Made by a program: the position numbers and the translations under genes
Notes under the pieces: generated by a model
What the model was told of the DNA's origin: nothing
The model's database searches: none
The model's input: the letters and a program-made list of their open reading frames with translations, nothing else
Source of the DNA: Chromera velia
Taxonomy: Eukaryota
Reading direction: 5' to 3'
DNA length: 64,000 bases
NCBI GenBank assembly: GCA_018398765.1
Contig: JAHBMJ010000477.1
Location: 1 to 64,000, forward strand
Shown: positions 25,911 to 39,219 of the stretch, one piece after another
Position numbering within the stretch: the stretch's first letter is position 1
Layout of the letters: each line of letters opens with the position of its first letter

Positions 25911-28900
25911 GAATGCACAGAAACAGAGAAAGAGACAAGGGCAGAGAGACAGAGCGGGAAACAATATCAGGAGGTACGGAACAGAGGCAGAGTCAGGGAT
26001 CGAGCGTTCGGCACCAATAAATGCGTCGATCGTTGTGTAAGGATTTCTTTCTTGGCGAGATCTTGTTTTTCTTTCTGTCTGAATGAAGGAATCGGTCATG
26101 CAGTCTGCGTGTCTCCATGGCTGTATCTCTATGTGCCCCTTGCTCGTCAGTAAAGTGCAAGAAGGGGAAGATAAATTAAGCTTTGAGATACAATACTTCG
26201 AGGCTGTCTTGAAAGGGTCGATTTGCCTGATGAATTGGTCATTTGACGCTTTCCTTTTGTTGATTTTGCCACTCTTTTCCTGTTGCTTTGGTTCTTCCCT
26301 TATTTCTCTCTGTGTTTGTCAAATCACCTCCCCTTCTTTTGCTCTCTGTGTGGGTGTGCAGCCGGATGCCTTGATGAATGGGACAATCGTTTCAGTCTCT
26401 CGAGACAGGGCGTTTGTTGAAATGCCCAGCGGGTCGGTAGGTGGTCGTTTGAGGGGGGTCCACTCATTCTCTATTCTGCGATGCTTGGCTCGGTTTCTTT
26501 CTTTCTTCCTTGTTTCCAGGATCGTCTGCCCGTCGGGTGTTCATGGGTCGTCTATGTGTGCGTGCCTGTGTACTGCCTGTAGTTTGTCGGCCTGTCTTCT
26601 GCCTTTTTTTCTGTCTACCTTTGGCTCTATCTTTGTCTCTGTGTCTGCGTATGTGCAACGGTCTGTTTGTCTCTCCGCCTGGCTATTCGAATCATAAAGA
26701 AACAAACGCACGGTATAGTGTGGCTGTGTCCGGTGGATCTTTCTTTCTCTTCCTATCCCTGCCAGTAGTAATTTTATTTTTGTGGGAACTCTGCTTGCAT
26801 TCCCATTCGAGACCATTGACCTTGAGTTCTCGGTCTGTACCTGACTGAGTTGTGGTCGGTCAAACAAAAACCAGCCCAATCCTCTCCCCTTTCTGTACCT
26901 CTCTCCGAGCAAAAGAGGAAAAAAGAAGGGGAGCAAAAAGAGTTGGATAGTCTCCTAGCTTTTCTTGACTCTTTGTCTCCGTACGCGCGCGCGCGTGTGT
27001 GTGCGTTCTCTCCATTGCAGCATCAGCACCGGCGTCGTGCATGTGAGTGCTCTCCAACGGTTGACCGGACTCGTCAGCTGTACTTTCGATGAGTTCTTCC
27101 GGTCAGCTCTCTCTCGCGTAAGAGAGCCAGCGTCTTCTCAAATCAGGGTTGCATGCATCGTGCATGCCTTTTGTATGGCTTTCGTCCTTCCTGCATTTTC
27201 GCTACATGCACTCCGTCTACTTTGACACCCACTGACTTCCGTGAGAGACGAAATCCGCCGAATGGGAAAAAAAGACAGGCCTTGGTCACTCATGCTTCAC
27301 ACGAGTTTTCGAAAAACGAAGGCAATGACGACCCAATCAAACACGCCCTCTTTGGTGTTCAGAGAACGATTGCGGAATTAAGTCTTCTGTTTCTTTCTGA
27401 TGCAGTCACTCATGCTTAATTCTGCTGTCGCTTGCCCCCCCACATGCAGACCGGGAGACGAGGTCGAAGTGAGAGTGCAGCATCCTGACGAAGTATGGAG
27501 CTCCTTTTTGATGGACACGTCTTCAGAAAATCAATCAAGCGGGGTAGGGGGGGCAGACAGTCTGAAGCCCTCTTCTTCTTCTTCCGGCTCTCCGAGTTCT
27601 TCTTCTTTGAGCGGGTCTACAGAGACTTCAACGCGCTCCCACTCCCAGGCTGAGTGGGGGGGATTTGACTCAGAGAGGGAGGGCAGGGGGGCAGGGGGGA
27701 GATATGTACTGAACCTGGATCTAACCTCCCAGAACATCAACATGATGGCCGAGAGGACGAGACAGTCCTTGGCTGAAGAAGGGTCAGTCGAGCGAGGAGT
27801 CTGCATTCCAGTTTTGCAATTAATTCTGCGAGTGACCTTCTAAAAGTGTTACTGGCAAAGAAAGAAAGAGCTGTTCGTGTTAATTATTGTGGTGAATGGC
27901 GATCGTTTCAGGGTGCGTCCAGTCGAGCATTTTGACCTGCAAACTCCTGATCAAACTTTGAAAGAGAAGTTTGTGACTTCCAACAATGATCCAGAAACGG
28001 TGGTCACAGCTGTAACGACATCCGTGGTTCTCAATCAAACAAACAACGCACGTGTGTGTTTGCGCGCGCACGCACGCCCGTGTTGCTGTGAGAGGGAGGT
28101 AGAGTTTTGTGTATTTGTGTGTGTGCGTGCATATATGAGTGATTGCAGAGTGGACATTTCCGACCCGAGTGAAGAATCTCAGCCCCCAGTTGAGCCGTTC
28201 GGCAGCAGGCCGCTGAAGTCGATGGATAATCTTTTGGGCTCTGAGGGGGGGGAGGGGGAGGGGGAGGTGCAAAGCGAAAGCGATAAGGGGGAGGAAGGGG
28301 AGACAGGAGAGCGAGGCGTACAAGAAGTTTCGACTTTAGTGACGACCGAGGAAAGTTCTCCCGAAAGTCTCCCCTCCTCTCTTGTACAGAGGCCGAGAGA
28401 AAGAATGATTTTCGAGAGAAGGGCACCGCGTCGGAAAGAAATTCCGGATCCCGGATATGCGGTTCGTTTGTTCGTTCGTTCGTTCGTTGGTTTCTTGTTT
28501 GGTTGCTTTTTTTGTTTGTTATAAAGTGTGGATCTGATGATACAGGTTCAACAGTCGTTGAAGGGCGTTCTCCCTTTCTCATTTGGTCTTCTGGGTGTCA
28601 ATCGATCCCGGTCCCTTTGCATTTCTCCCCCCTCCGTCCTAATAGAGTCTCGATCGTTGCATTGAAAGAAACGGAGTGTAGGTGCGCCTTCTGATCTTCA
28701 AAGCCTGACTGACCTCTCTGACTGATTTGCGCTGATGCAGGAGGGATGCCGAGTGTGGGACCGATTTCGTGTTCAGGGACGGCGGGGCCGAATTTTGATT
28801 GGCCGACTGGAGACATCGGGGAGATCGTGCGTGATGTCTGAGAGTGACCTTGTGGACTTGATGCCTGTGGAAAGCATCGAGAAATTGGGGGTCTCTCCCT

Positions 28901-31881
28901 CGGTCGGTCCGTCTGACTGACTGACTGTATGGACGTATGTATGTCTACTTGGGGGTGTGTTCTTTCTTTTTCGTGTGGTTTTGTTTGTTTGCCCATTGGT
29001 TTAACACTTGCTGCTAGGACAGCCAGTGTATCTGAAAATCTGCTTGCTTGCGTTCCTTCTTGCGATTGTGAATTTTCACAGAGCAGCGCGATGGTTGAGG
29101 AGCTGTCTGCCACCTCCTCCTCCTTGCTTTCTTAAGCAGATGTCCTTAGTACATCTGCAGTGTGTCATTCTCTATGTTTTCATCCTGTTCATTCTCTGCA
29201 TTTTCATCCTACTCATTCTCTGTGTTTTCATCCTGTTCATTCTCTGCATTTTCATCCTGTTCATTCTGTGTGCTTTCATCCTGTTCATTTTCTGTGAATG
29301 CAGATGCTGCAAATGCCTTTGTGGTGTAGTCGAGAGGGACTCCGGCTGTTCCCCTACCGCCTCGACCCTCGTTTCCTCCGGAACCTTCCCGTGTTTGTGA
29401 CAACGAAAAGCCCGCTGGAGGACGTAGGGAGGTTCCGACAGACGCAGACAGAAGCGGACGCCTGGCTACAGACAGTCGTTAGTTGCGCTAATCTTCTTTT
29501 TTGTATTCGTATCGATGCGTTGCTGCCCTGGCATTTTGTGTACGGCCAGAGCACAGAATGAATTCAATGTTCAGAGGCGCGCTCTGGCTGCAGACAGTTG
29601 TCAGTTGCAATACACTTTTTCTTTTTGTGCACTTATTCCTGTCCTTGTATTTTGTGTTGGACCTTCGTGGAAAGGAAGTGGACATCTCTTTGCATCTATC
29701 CTGTCATCACCAATGTGATCTTTTTCAAGCACATTTGTTTCTTTCTCTTGCTTGACGTTCGTTTGCTTCAGGGCCTCTCCTTTGACCCGGTGGAGGGATC
29801 AAGCAGGTTCCCCGAGTTGCACCGAAGCCTGACTTCGGACCTTTGGGACAGAGACAGAAAATCGGAACAGGAGCTTCAACGGTCGACAGCCGACGGTGCG
29901 CCCTCCGAGTGGGAGGCCCCCTCTCCAGGCAGCTATGCTTGGGGAGTCGTGAGGGCATACGACGCGATGAAACGGCAAATCGTCCTCGAGGCACTGCCGG
30001 CGGGGGGGCAGGAACTGCAAACGTCTGTGGTGCGATCACCCAAAGGATGGGGTGGTCCGCAGGTCAGTGGGTTGGGAGTTGGAAGGGAGGGGGGCGAGAG
30101 ACGGAAGTCAAGTGGACGGTCAGGAGAATCTCTTTCAGCGTGTGTAAAGGCTGGGTCGATGCTTCCCTTGGCTTGGTCATGCAGTTCATTCTCTATCAAA
30201 GAAAGTTTTGCTTTCCTTCCTGCTCCTTTTACTCCGTTATTGGCTAAATAAGTGACTGACTGGCTGATTGAATGCAGATTCGCATCTCCCTTCCTGGCGA
30301 TGTCGTCGTTTACGAGGGGGGAAAGCCTGTCGGGGAGCGGGGGGCGGAGACGGGTGGGGACAACGGACCTGCGGCGCGTCGAAGCACCAAGGAAAGACGC
30401 GCCGCCGCATTGGAAACCGTGGGCCCTTCCCTCTTGCAAATGTCGAGGGTCGTACAGGTTTACATAAAGGTTCGTTGGGGCCATGTGTTCGTGAGAGTTT
30501 GCGTTTCTCCAGTCAGTTTATCTATGTCCCTCTCTGTCGGTCTGCCCTTCTTTTCTTCTGTCTCTCTTTCTTTCTTTCTTTCTTTCTCTCTCTCTCTCTC
30601 TCTCTCTCTCGTGTCTTGCTTCCTTTCTTGCCTTCTTCCTTTCGCACCTTCTCGGGTGCATCCAATCGTCTTTGTCGTCTTTCAGGGACAGACGGAGACA
30701 GACTCAGAATCTTCAGAGGAGCCTTCTTCCTCTTCTTCGGCTTTGTCTTTCTCTGGTGCCCTGCAACTCGTCCAAGAGGCGAGGTGTGAAGCTGTGGGTG
30801 AGGGAACGGGACTCCAGGCTGTGGTGGTGAGTCAGTTGGTCAGTCAGTCAGTCAGTCAGGCAGTCAGTCATACCACACACACGCACTTACAAGCCGTCGT
30901 GGCACTCAGAGGTCCGTGTTTTGTTGATACAGATCACGTTTTCATCTCGAGACGCTTTATTTTTCCAGTCATGATCACTTTCTGATTATTCTACTCCCAC
31001 AGCGCGGTCGAAGATTGTGTTGACAGACTTTGACTGTCCGGTGTAACCGTCCCCCTCTTTCATCGTGATGAGGCATCCCTCTTGACTGCCCCCTAGCTCT
31101 CTCCCTGGTTTCACATCTTTGCGCTTCGTTATTGTGAATCAAACTGGCCGTGTGGATTTACAGCCCCCCAGGCATGCCACCAACATACTCACTGACGCAC
31201 GCACTGACGCACGCACGGACGCAGGTTGGAGTTCCAGATCGGGACCGAGACGGACAGGCCAGAGGGCCCGTCCTTTTGTGGACGGCCAACAGTCTGAACA
31301 ACGCGCTCCTGCCAGCCGACGCTGTGAAGGAACTGGAATCACGAGTAAGTCCCTACTTCCCTTCTTATTCCCTTGTGTACCTTCCTTCATGCGAAGAAAC
31401 ACGGAGCAACGGACCAAGGAAGGCGTGGAAAAGAAAAGCCGGACGAAAGCAGGCGGGGCCAGTTGAGGTCCTCACTGACTTGCGGTGTCCGTATAGATGT
31501 CTGTCTTTATCCAGGGTGCCTCTTTGTTTTTCTGTCTGTCTGTCTGCCAGTCTACCTGCAATGAAGAAGAAAAGTCCTCTCCGGAAGGTAGAAGAAATAC
31601 TGAGGAAAGCAAGTTGTGTTGTCTGTCGACCTCCTCTCAGCTAGATATGTTGAGAGCGAAGCAGTCAAAGAAAGAAGCGAAAAGATGACGTTTATTGGAA
31701 CGCAAAGAAGTTTTCCGTCTATCGGGGAATTTCTGCCCTGAGCTCAGGACGTCTTGCTGACGATCGACTGTCCCTCCCCTTGTGTCTCTCTCTACACTTC
31801 TTGTTGTGAAAGACATGATGGACGGATCAGGACTCAGAGTCTCCTTCTGCCTCTGGCTCTCCCTCTCTCCAGTCTGTCCGT

Positions 31882-31918
<37 letters not shown>

Positions 31919-31935
31919 CTCTGTCTCTGTCTCTG

Positions 31936-31995
<60 letters not shown>

Positions 31996-32425
31996 TACTT
32001 CTTTACGCACATCTGCGTCTATGATCGCGTGTACCTGTTTGTTTGTGTATTTTTTCTGTGGCACTCCCGCTTTTGCTTTGCTTGATTTCTCCGCTTCTTT
32101 CTTTTTCCCCCTCTCTGCTTGGTATTTTCCCTTTGTCGTCCTTTCCTTTCTGTTTTCCGTCAGGGTGTATTGACCTTTTTGTTTCCCCTTTCCTCTCTCA
32201 CCCGCCGGTCCATTTTTCCTCCGCTGCTGTTTTTTCCCTTTCCATCTTCAAGTGGGCTGCTTTTTCTCCTTCATACGCACATGCATTCATTCGTCTATCC
32301 CTTTATTCATTCATGATTTCCTTTCCATTTTGCAGCGGAGAGCCAGGGTAAAAGTCGGGGATGTAGTCAGAGTGTCCGTTCTTTCGGTAACCTCACAAAG
32401 TGCGTATGAATGCGCTCTGAGCTGA
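17760..32425 (+). CDS. pnp: Polyribonucleotide nucleotidyltransferase (PNPase), multi-exon, likely plastid-targeted, with extended S1-like C-terminus
   Basis: RNase PH-1 exons: 18805-19133 ([36 protein letters not shown]) and 19655-19781 (PLRPLIP). RNase PH-2 exons: 21904-22449 ([17 protein letters not shown]), 22787-23004 ([22 protein letters not shown]), 23549-23780 ([30 protein letters not shown]) and 24143-24241 ([12 protein letters not shown]). KH-like exons 24871-25844. S1 exons from about 26362. Last exon [17 protein letters not shown] ends at 32425. Hydrophobic N-terminal leader from ATG 17760. The start and 3' exons are less certain than the core. Confidence 0.9.
17920..18058 (+). 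repeat. 70-bp tandem duplication in the first PNPase exon
   Basis: TTCTTCTCTCGATGGATCAGGCTTCG..CTCCTTTT at 17921 and 17991, with one internal mismatch (CAACTG vs CACCTG). Confidence 0.95.
19795..19820. other. Assembly gap (Ns) inside a poly-G tract in a PNPase intron
   Basis: Run of N flanked by G homopolymers. Confidence 0.99.
29165..29295. repeat. 24-bp intronic minisatellite, about 5 copies
   Basis: Repeated unit resembling TCATTCTCTGCATTTTCATCCTGT. Confidence 0.9.
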
Positions 32426-32833
32426 CAAGATTAAGGTCAGCATGCACGTAGTCTAAGAGAATAATTCTGATGTTGTATATATTGAGGTATATATGTTTTC
32501 ATCATAATAGATATACGATTTCAAAAAGGCATCAAATCATATGTTCTTTGAGCATAACTTTTTTGTCAACAATTTTTAGAACTATAGAATTAAGATCATA
32601 TAATTTAGAATTATTTTAAATTAAAAACAGTAAAACGGAGCTTTAAAGCAGTTCTGATGAAAAAAATATTTTTTATGCTTTATGGCATACTAGATGACGT
32701 ATTAAGATTTGATTAAACTAACATACCCACCTCAGGTGAATGCCTTATCGCGGGTTTTCACTCACGCAGCGGTACCTGGAAATCACGTGCATCCAGAAAT
32801 ATAAAAGTTTATGTGAACTTCTGTCGGATCCTT

Positions 32834-32875
32834 CTCAGGGCCTCCGATTTACTCAGACTGCCCAGGCTGCCCTCC
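32834..32875 (+). promoter_or_regulatory. Shared upstream motif, copy 1 (CTCAGGGCCTC-N7-CTCAG-N9-GCTGCCCTCC)
   Basis: Matches copies at 50900-50943 (+) and about 43320-43403 (-). It lies about 250-290 bp upstream of ATG 33127 and is followed by a GC-rich GCGCGCG tract. Confidence 0.5.
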
Positions 32876-33126
32876 AAACTTTCATTCTCGCGCCTATCTT
32901 CCGGCGCGAATGCGCGCGAATTAACATCGATCGGTAAAAAAAAAAAACCTGGATGTATACACCGATACGATCGAAGTCAAGTAATTGTATTTGTCGATCG
33001 TAATATGACCGCGAAAGGAATGAAGGTGCATCGATTGTAACAAGAGTTGAGAAGTTCGAGATCTCTCAGTGTCGAAAATCTCGCTCACGGCAGTCTGAGG
33101 CTGCATCTAGACGACTGCACTGTTGC

Positions 33127-33962
33127 ATGGGTCACACGTCCCCACAAACAAACTCACTTGTTCGCACTGCGAGACAACTACCTGCATGCTTCACACGCAT
33201 GCACTTCAACACAATGATGTGGTCTCTCAGTTTCACCCTTTCCTTCGGACCACTGCAGCTGGCCTGCAGCCTTTCCCCCCACCTCTCCGAAGCGGCAAAG
33301 GTGCAGGCAGGAGGAGAAAGTGCGCGCGGGCTGACGGGCGGTGAAAAAGTGAGTCACGCGTCCTCCACATGAATTGCTTCCGTCACAATCTTTCGTGCAA
33401 CCACCTGCGTTGTATTGTTTTTTCAGTCTGTCAGCCGCTCGACCCATGTGCATGCCTGCTTGACTGTGTATCAGGCTGTCTGCTGGTCGGCTAGTCAGTC
33501 AGTCTGTCTGTCAGTCAGTCACTTAGTCAGTCAATCAGTCAGTCAGTCAGTCAGTCAGTCAGTCTGCGTCTTTCTATAAACTTGCCTGTCACTCCGTTTG
33601 GCTGCATGTGTCTGCCACTCTGGGTCTGTTCGAGTCTTTATCGATCCATCTGTCCACCTGTATCAGCCTATGCATCTATTTTTCTGTCTCAATGTACCCG
33701 TGTGTGCTTGCAAGAGTCTGTGTAAGACCCCGGAAGGGTCGGTTCTCGCCTCCAAAAGTGCATGTGTGTATTTTTTGAGCGTCTGTGCATGTGTCTGTTT
33801 TTACCCTCTACCCCCAGCGGCCGCATGCGTCGCCCCGAGACCCTCACTGTGCCTGTGTAGGAAGTGTTTGTATGTGAAACTGCTTGTATGGTATGTGTGT
33901 GTGTGTGTGTGGGTGTGTGACACTGTGTGCGTGCGTGCGTGCGTGCGTGCGTGCGTGTGTGC

Positions 33963-33998
<36 letters not shown>

Positions 33999-34014
33999 AT
34001 GCGTGCGTGCGTGC

Positions 34015-34054
<40 letters not shown>

Positions 34055-34110
34055 GTGTGCGTGTGCGTGCGTGTGTGTGTATGCGTGTGCGTGCGTGCGT
34101 GCGTGCGTGC

Positions 34111-34159
<49 letters not shown>

Positions 34160-35178
34160 TGTCTGCATAGCATGGCATATGTGTACATGTCTCTCTCTCA
34201 CACACACACACACGCGCCACACACATACGCGCACACACACAAACACACACAGAGGGAGAGAGAGAGAGAGAGAGAGAGCCCTCATTTTTGACCTCTTTCT
34301 TTTGTGTGGACCTCTTTCTTTTGTTTCTTCGTTCTTTGCTTCCACGACTCCGTGCGTCTCTCCTTTTTTGCTTTCTTTCCCCCTGCCCCTTTTTTTCTTC
34401 TCTTTAAGTTACTTTCCGGCCATCGTAGAACAGACACAATCGTCACTTTTTTTTCACTCCATGATCAAACTGCATCATCGTTCAGAGAGTTTGCTCCACG
34501 CTTTGCTCGCAGGTCCCCGTAGACCTCGATACAGCGGCATCTGTCTCGTCCTCGGGAGACGTCTTTACTGAGAAGTCCCAAACGACCACGGAGGGACCAG
34601 AGGCCGACCCCCTGACTCCTCATGCACAACCAAAGACAAGAAAAGTCTGGAGAAAACAATTTAAGCAACCGGAGAGAGTCGCTCACGTCCCTGCTCAACC
34701 CTTCTTCTCTCCAGATGTTCCTTGTGATTTCTACTACGGCATTCCGTGCCCTGCACTGCCGATCCCTGTAACCAATGCTGAAGGGTTCAGATTGATTCTG
34801 CATTTCGGTTTAATGGATCAGAGGGAAATTTTCACACAGCAGTGTTCATCAGATCCTGGAAGGGGTGTGTTCTCTCCCCTGACAGTCTCTGACCACTTCA
34901 CCTACAAAGCAATGGAGAAGGCGGAGGAACGCAGAAAGGCAATCAAAGCACGTGAAAATAGAGAAGAGGACGAAGAGAACCAAACAGCTGTGACTGAAGA
35001 CAAACTCTTTCTTCGCATACCTCTTGTACACGAATATGCTGCGACTGCCTTGAACAACTTGAACGAGAAGGCAGAGACACCTGTCAACGAAGAGGAAGAA
35101 CCGCCCGAAGACCCCCCTCAGCCCTTAAGAGGAAGATTCATAGAAGACACAGTGGCAGGATGGATAAGCAACCCTTAG
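33127..35178 (+). CDS. Hypothetical protein (about 295 aa, two exons, possible signal peptide)
   Basis: Exon 33127-33348 (GAA AAA|GTGAGT) joins in phase 0 to exon 34513-35178 (CGCAG|GTC CCC), which is open for 222 codons ([26 protein letters not shown]). The long intron is microsatellite-filled. No recognisable domain. Confidence 0.65.
33895..34280. repeat. Compound microsatellite (GT)n/(GCGT)n/(GA)n/(CA)n in an intron
   Basis: Directly visible dinucleotide and tetranucleotide runs. Confidence 0.95.
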
Positions 35179-38100
35179 GTGCCCCATGGAGTAAGCTCTA
35201 AAATTGGTGACTCGGTCTACCTATAGGCTTTCAGAGTACGTGTACTGTCATAGTTATGCATTATGCGTCTATAGATGTGCCTCTTTCGACTGGTTGGAGA
35301 TCAATCTTTTATGTGAATTCTTATTCAATTTTATAGAGTTGATTCATTCATTCATTCATTCATTCATTCATTCATTCATTCATATTGATTTGCTTCGATC
35401 GAAGTTCAATCAAAATGTTATTCAATCTTCAAGTTCGGAAGTTAATAGAAATGGAGTAGAGTAGTGAGTGTGGCGGCTTCTTTCTTCAGAGCTCTTTATG
35501 GGAGGTCTATGAATCTGGAGCATACGCAGAGTCAAATGATTTTGACGGAGCTGAAATTTGTGCGGCGCGGCACTGAATCGAATGCGCGCGCGGCGGTTAA
35601 TCGAATTCACCTGCGGCCCAGGGCACGTGCGACGGCTTGCCCCCTGCGGTTTGGCCTTCCTGCGTATGCGCGGGCGGAACGATGATTGAAATTTTTAGTA
35701 ATTTTTCCACCTAGTATGTTTTGGATAGACCCTAATAATCGCTTAACATAGACCTATCATTGTTTTATAATTAATTAATCCTAAACGCAGAGTGTTAATT
35801 ATAGCCAGCATTTATTAATTAGCTGTATACACTTCCCCAATACGGAGAAAAACTTATTTGTCTGATCCCATTACCAGTTTTTTGCATGCATTCAGTGCCA
35901 TTCACTGACTTACTGAGTCAGCAGTGCGGCTCAGCACACGTATACACACCAACTGTGTATGCTGTCTGACTGCGAATCGGAAAAGGAATCTTTATAAACT
36001 CTTAGATGAACTCGCGTCTCAACGCTATATTTCTTCCCCAGACACGTTCACAAAAGTACAAAAACTGCTTTTCAGTTCCTTTTCCATCATTTTCTAATAA
36101 TTTTTTTTCGATTGTCTTTCTTTACCTTTCCCGTGAAACTTGAATGTAAACGCTCTCCTCTTCTTGGCTAAAACTTTTTCAAACGGCATCTTAGACTATA
36201 GATCGTCGACGGCATGATCATCGGCATCGTGTCTCACATCATATAGAAATGCGACTTGTTTCGTTTAGTTTTGTCATCGAATGATAGATGCCAATTGTTG
36301 AGCTAAACTGGTTGTTCTACAAGTAAAAAAGAAGTATATAGTCATTATTATATTCGTATATAAAGTAAAATATGTTTTAAAACAACAAGTGGAAAAAAAA
36401 AGAATTAAAACATATTCTTCATTTTTTTAGAAACCGCCCTGAATCCTAGCCTGAATCCGCCCCTCCCCCCACTGGCATCCCTCATTGACTCGATCTCTAA
36501 TTAAGAATTAACAAAATAATACCCGATGTGGTGGTTCCCGATGTAACAAAAGTGAGTGCTAGATCTTTTGTCATTATAATTTGATATTATTTAAACGAAT
36601 TGAATGTCACACATGCAGGAATCGGCAGATAGCCGGTACACAAGATCGAATTGGGAGACGCAAACCACCCGCACTCCGTTTGCCATGCAGGATCGGTTGA
36701 ATGCTGGCCGGCTGGTACTGAAGAATTTCTTGCAGCAATGAGGTCGACACCCCAACCGATCGATCCACGCCTCTCTGATCGTTGCCCTGGCTAATCAATG
36801 GGCTGAAGAAGAATGATTCAAATCGTGAGCAAGCTTGCAAGCACACTGGCTGATCGATCACATCGATCATCCAGATCGAACCAGTGGCCGATCTATCGAC
36901 TTACTGAAAGTCATAATCGAAGTCATGCAGAGTCAGCCAGTCAGTCAGTCAAGACGCCTGCAATGAAAAGCCTTGTAAAGTCAGCTGAGTCGTGAAAGTC
37001 AGGTCGTCCGTCCGTCCGTCCGTCCCTTGGCGAAAGAAGTCTTTCTTCACTTATCGAAGGTCTTCTTCTTCTGTCAGTCAGATTGAGTACCGACTTTGCT
37101 CAACAGGAAATGAGGAAAGCGGAGACAGACACTCTTTTCTGAAGGCCTTTCCTCCTTCCAAAACTCGTTTGCTCTTCTTTGTCCTCTTCGGATCATCAAC
37201 AAGCCAACAACCAATGCTAGACAACCTCTCTCCTCGTTTGGCTCTCTCTCTCTCTTTCTCTCTCTCTGTCTTTGCCTTCTTCCGATCGAAGGCAGCTAGA
37301 GGAATGGGGGGTTATTAATGGCTCCAGGCCTGTCGAAAATATCACTTCCTTTCCTCGTTTCTTCGATCCCTCCGTTGGTGTCTTGTCTCACCAAACAAAC
37401 AAAAACGGCAGGCAGACGTTGAAACTCCAAAACAGCAATTAAGGCAGCAGATGACAAAGGTATGAAGGAAGGAAGAAGTGCCGACTCGATCCGATCACCA
37501 AAGACCCGACGGATGGCACGTACGCAGACAGACAGACACACACATGTACAGACAGACATATAAAAAAGCTGCCAATGCCCCATGAGGGATATGGGACGAA
37601 GGAAAGAAAGGAGGAAAGTCAGCCAGAGAAACGTCTCCTCTTCAACTGACTGGGCACAGATGCAGATCGAGCCATCTGAATAAAGTCGTTCTCCCTTTGC
37701 GCAGTCTTCTACGCATGCAGTTATCTCCCGCACGCCTTTGTAATTCTTTCTTTCTTTTCCAAACAAATGCAATCACTTTCTCTTCATGCATGAATAAAGC
37801 AGCAACATGGCTTTCAGGAAGGCGCAGTGTCAGTGAGTAGGCAATTGAGCGCGTGAGTGAGTGCGAGGAGCCTGTTGACAAATCAAGGTTTGGCTTGGCG
37901 GCCAATCAAAGAATCAAAAGAACAGTCAATGGTACGACCCCTATCGTTGACGATGATCGATCTGCCTGCCTCGCTTCCTTGGTTTTTTCTTTCAGTCCAT
38001 CCCCCTTTCGAGTGTCCGTCTGTGTCTGTGTGCGCGTGTATGCAGGAGCAATAGAGAAAGAGAGAAGGAGCGGGACGCGCAAACAAACGTATGATGTATC

Positions 38101-38467
38101 CTCTGGCTCCAATGCTGGGACCGGAAAAGAAAATAAAAAGATCAAACTGCCAGCGCACGATAAAACATAGAGACAGACGAACGAACAGAAAGAGAAAGAC
38201 GCGAACGAAATACCGACCAACAAATCGTACCAGACCCATTCAGAAGGGAAAGCGCATTCCCCCACACAGGAGACGGTTTCATGGGCAGATTCAGGGGGAG
38301 GAAAATTCGATCCTCAGCCCTCACCAGTCGCCTAGCTTTCTTTCTTGTAAGGCCTTATTCACCAGAGAAAACAATCCTCCCTCCTTTTCCTCCCCCAATT
38401 CGTATGTACTCGCAACCTCGACCGCACGTCAGGAAAACAGGTCAAGAACGAGACAGACACACAGGCG

Positions 38468-38502
<35 letters not shown>

Positions 38503-39123
38503 CGTTGCATTCCGCATCATGATACCATCAAGACTGTTCCTCCCATCGAAAACAATGACGAAGGAAGGAAAGATGCAGACCGACTGACTGACTGCCAGCG
38601 GTTGCTGTAAGAGATCCGGGCCAGCGTTACCCGTGCCTGGGCAAAAGAGCTCGGCCGTATGATCTGTATGTATGAACCCAACCAAAGACTTCTTTCTTCT
38701 CTTCCCTGCTGATTGTCCCCTCCCCCATCCCTCACATCCCGTACCCCCCGCCCCCCCCGGAGACGCCAACAAAACAGACGTCTCCCCCCCCCTACCCTGT
38801 CGGTCGATCTAATCAAACGACAGGCAGCAGTCCATCCAGGCTTCTCACGCATACGTATGAAAACAGACAGCACCTCGTTTCTCTCTCTGTTGCACTTTCT
38901 TTGTATCAGTCAGTTTCACCACCAGCAGCTACATGAGTGAGGACGCAAATTTAAAGTAAGCATGGAAGCATGGAATGAAGTCCAGCCTGGAAGCTCGGCC
39001 TGCCCACCGGACGGACGAACGGAGGAACCGACAGGCAGACAAAGGGCAGTGAGTGAGGCATGGAATGACTCTCAAGAGAAGAAAGTGAGAAAGCACGATC
39101 GAAGAAGCAGCTCCCCACCCATC

Positions 39124-39154
<31 letters not shown>

Positions 39155-39219
39155 AGAGACGGAGAAAGGTCATGGAGGTCGGTTGGAACACAATAGTAAG
39201 GACAGAAAGTGATGTACGC

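Noticed and set aside
33598..34345. Cys/Val- or His/Thr-rich ORFs
   Set aside because: These are translations of (GT)n/(CA)n microsatellites in an intron. The same applies at about 19950-20110, 31830-32010 and 55440-55500.
36600..39200. Many short ORFs downstream of the SH3 gene
   Set aside because: Low complexity with no coding signal. Consistent with a long 3' UTR or intergenic DNA.
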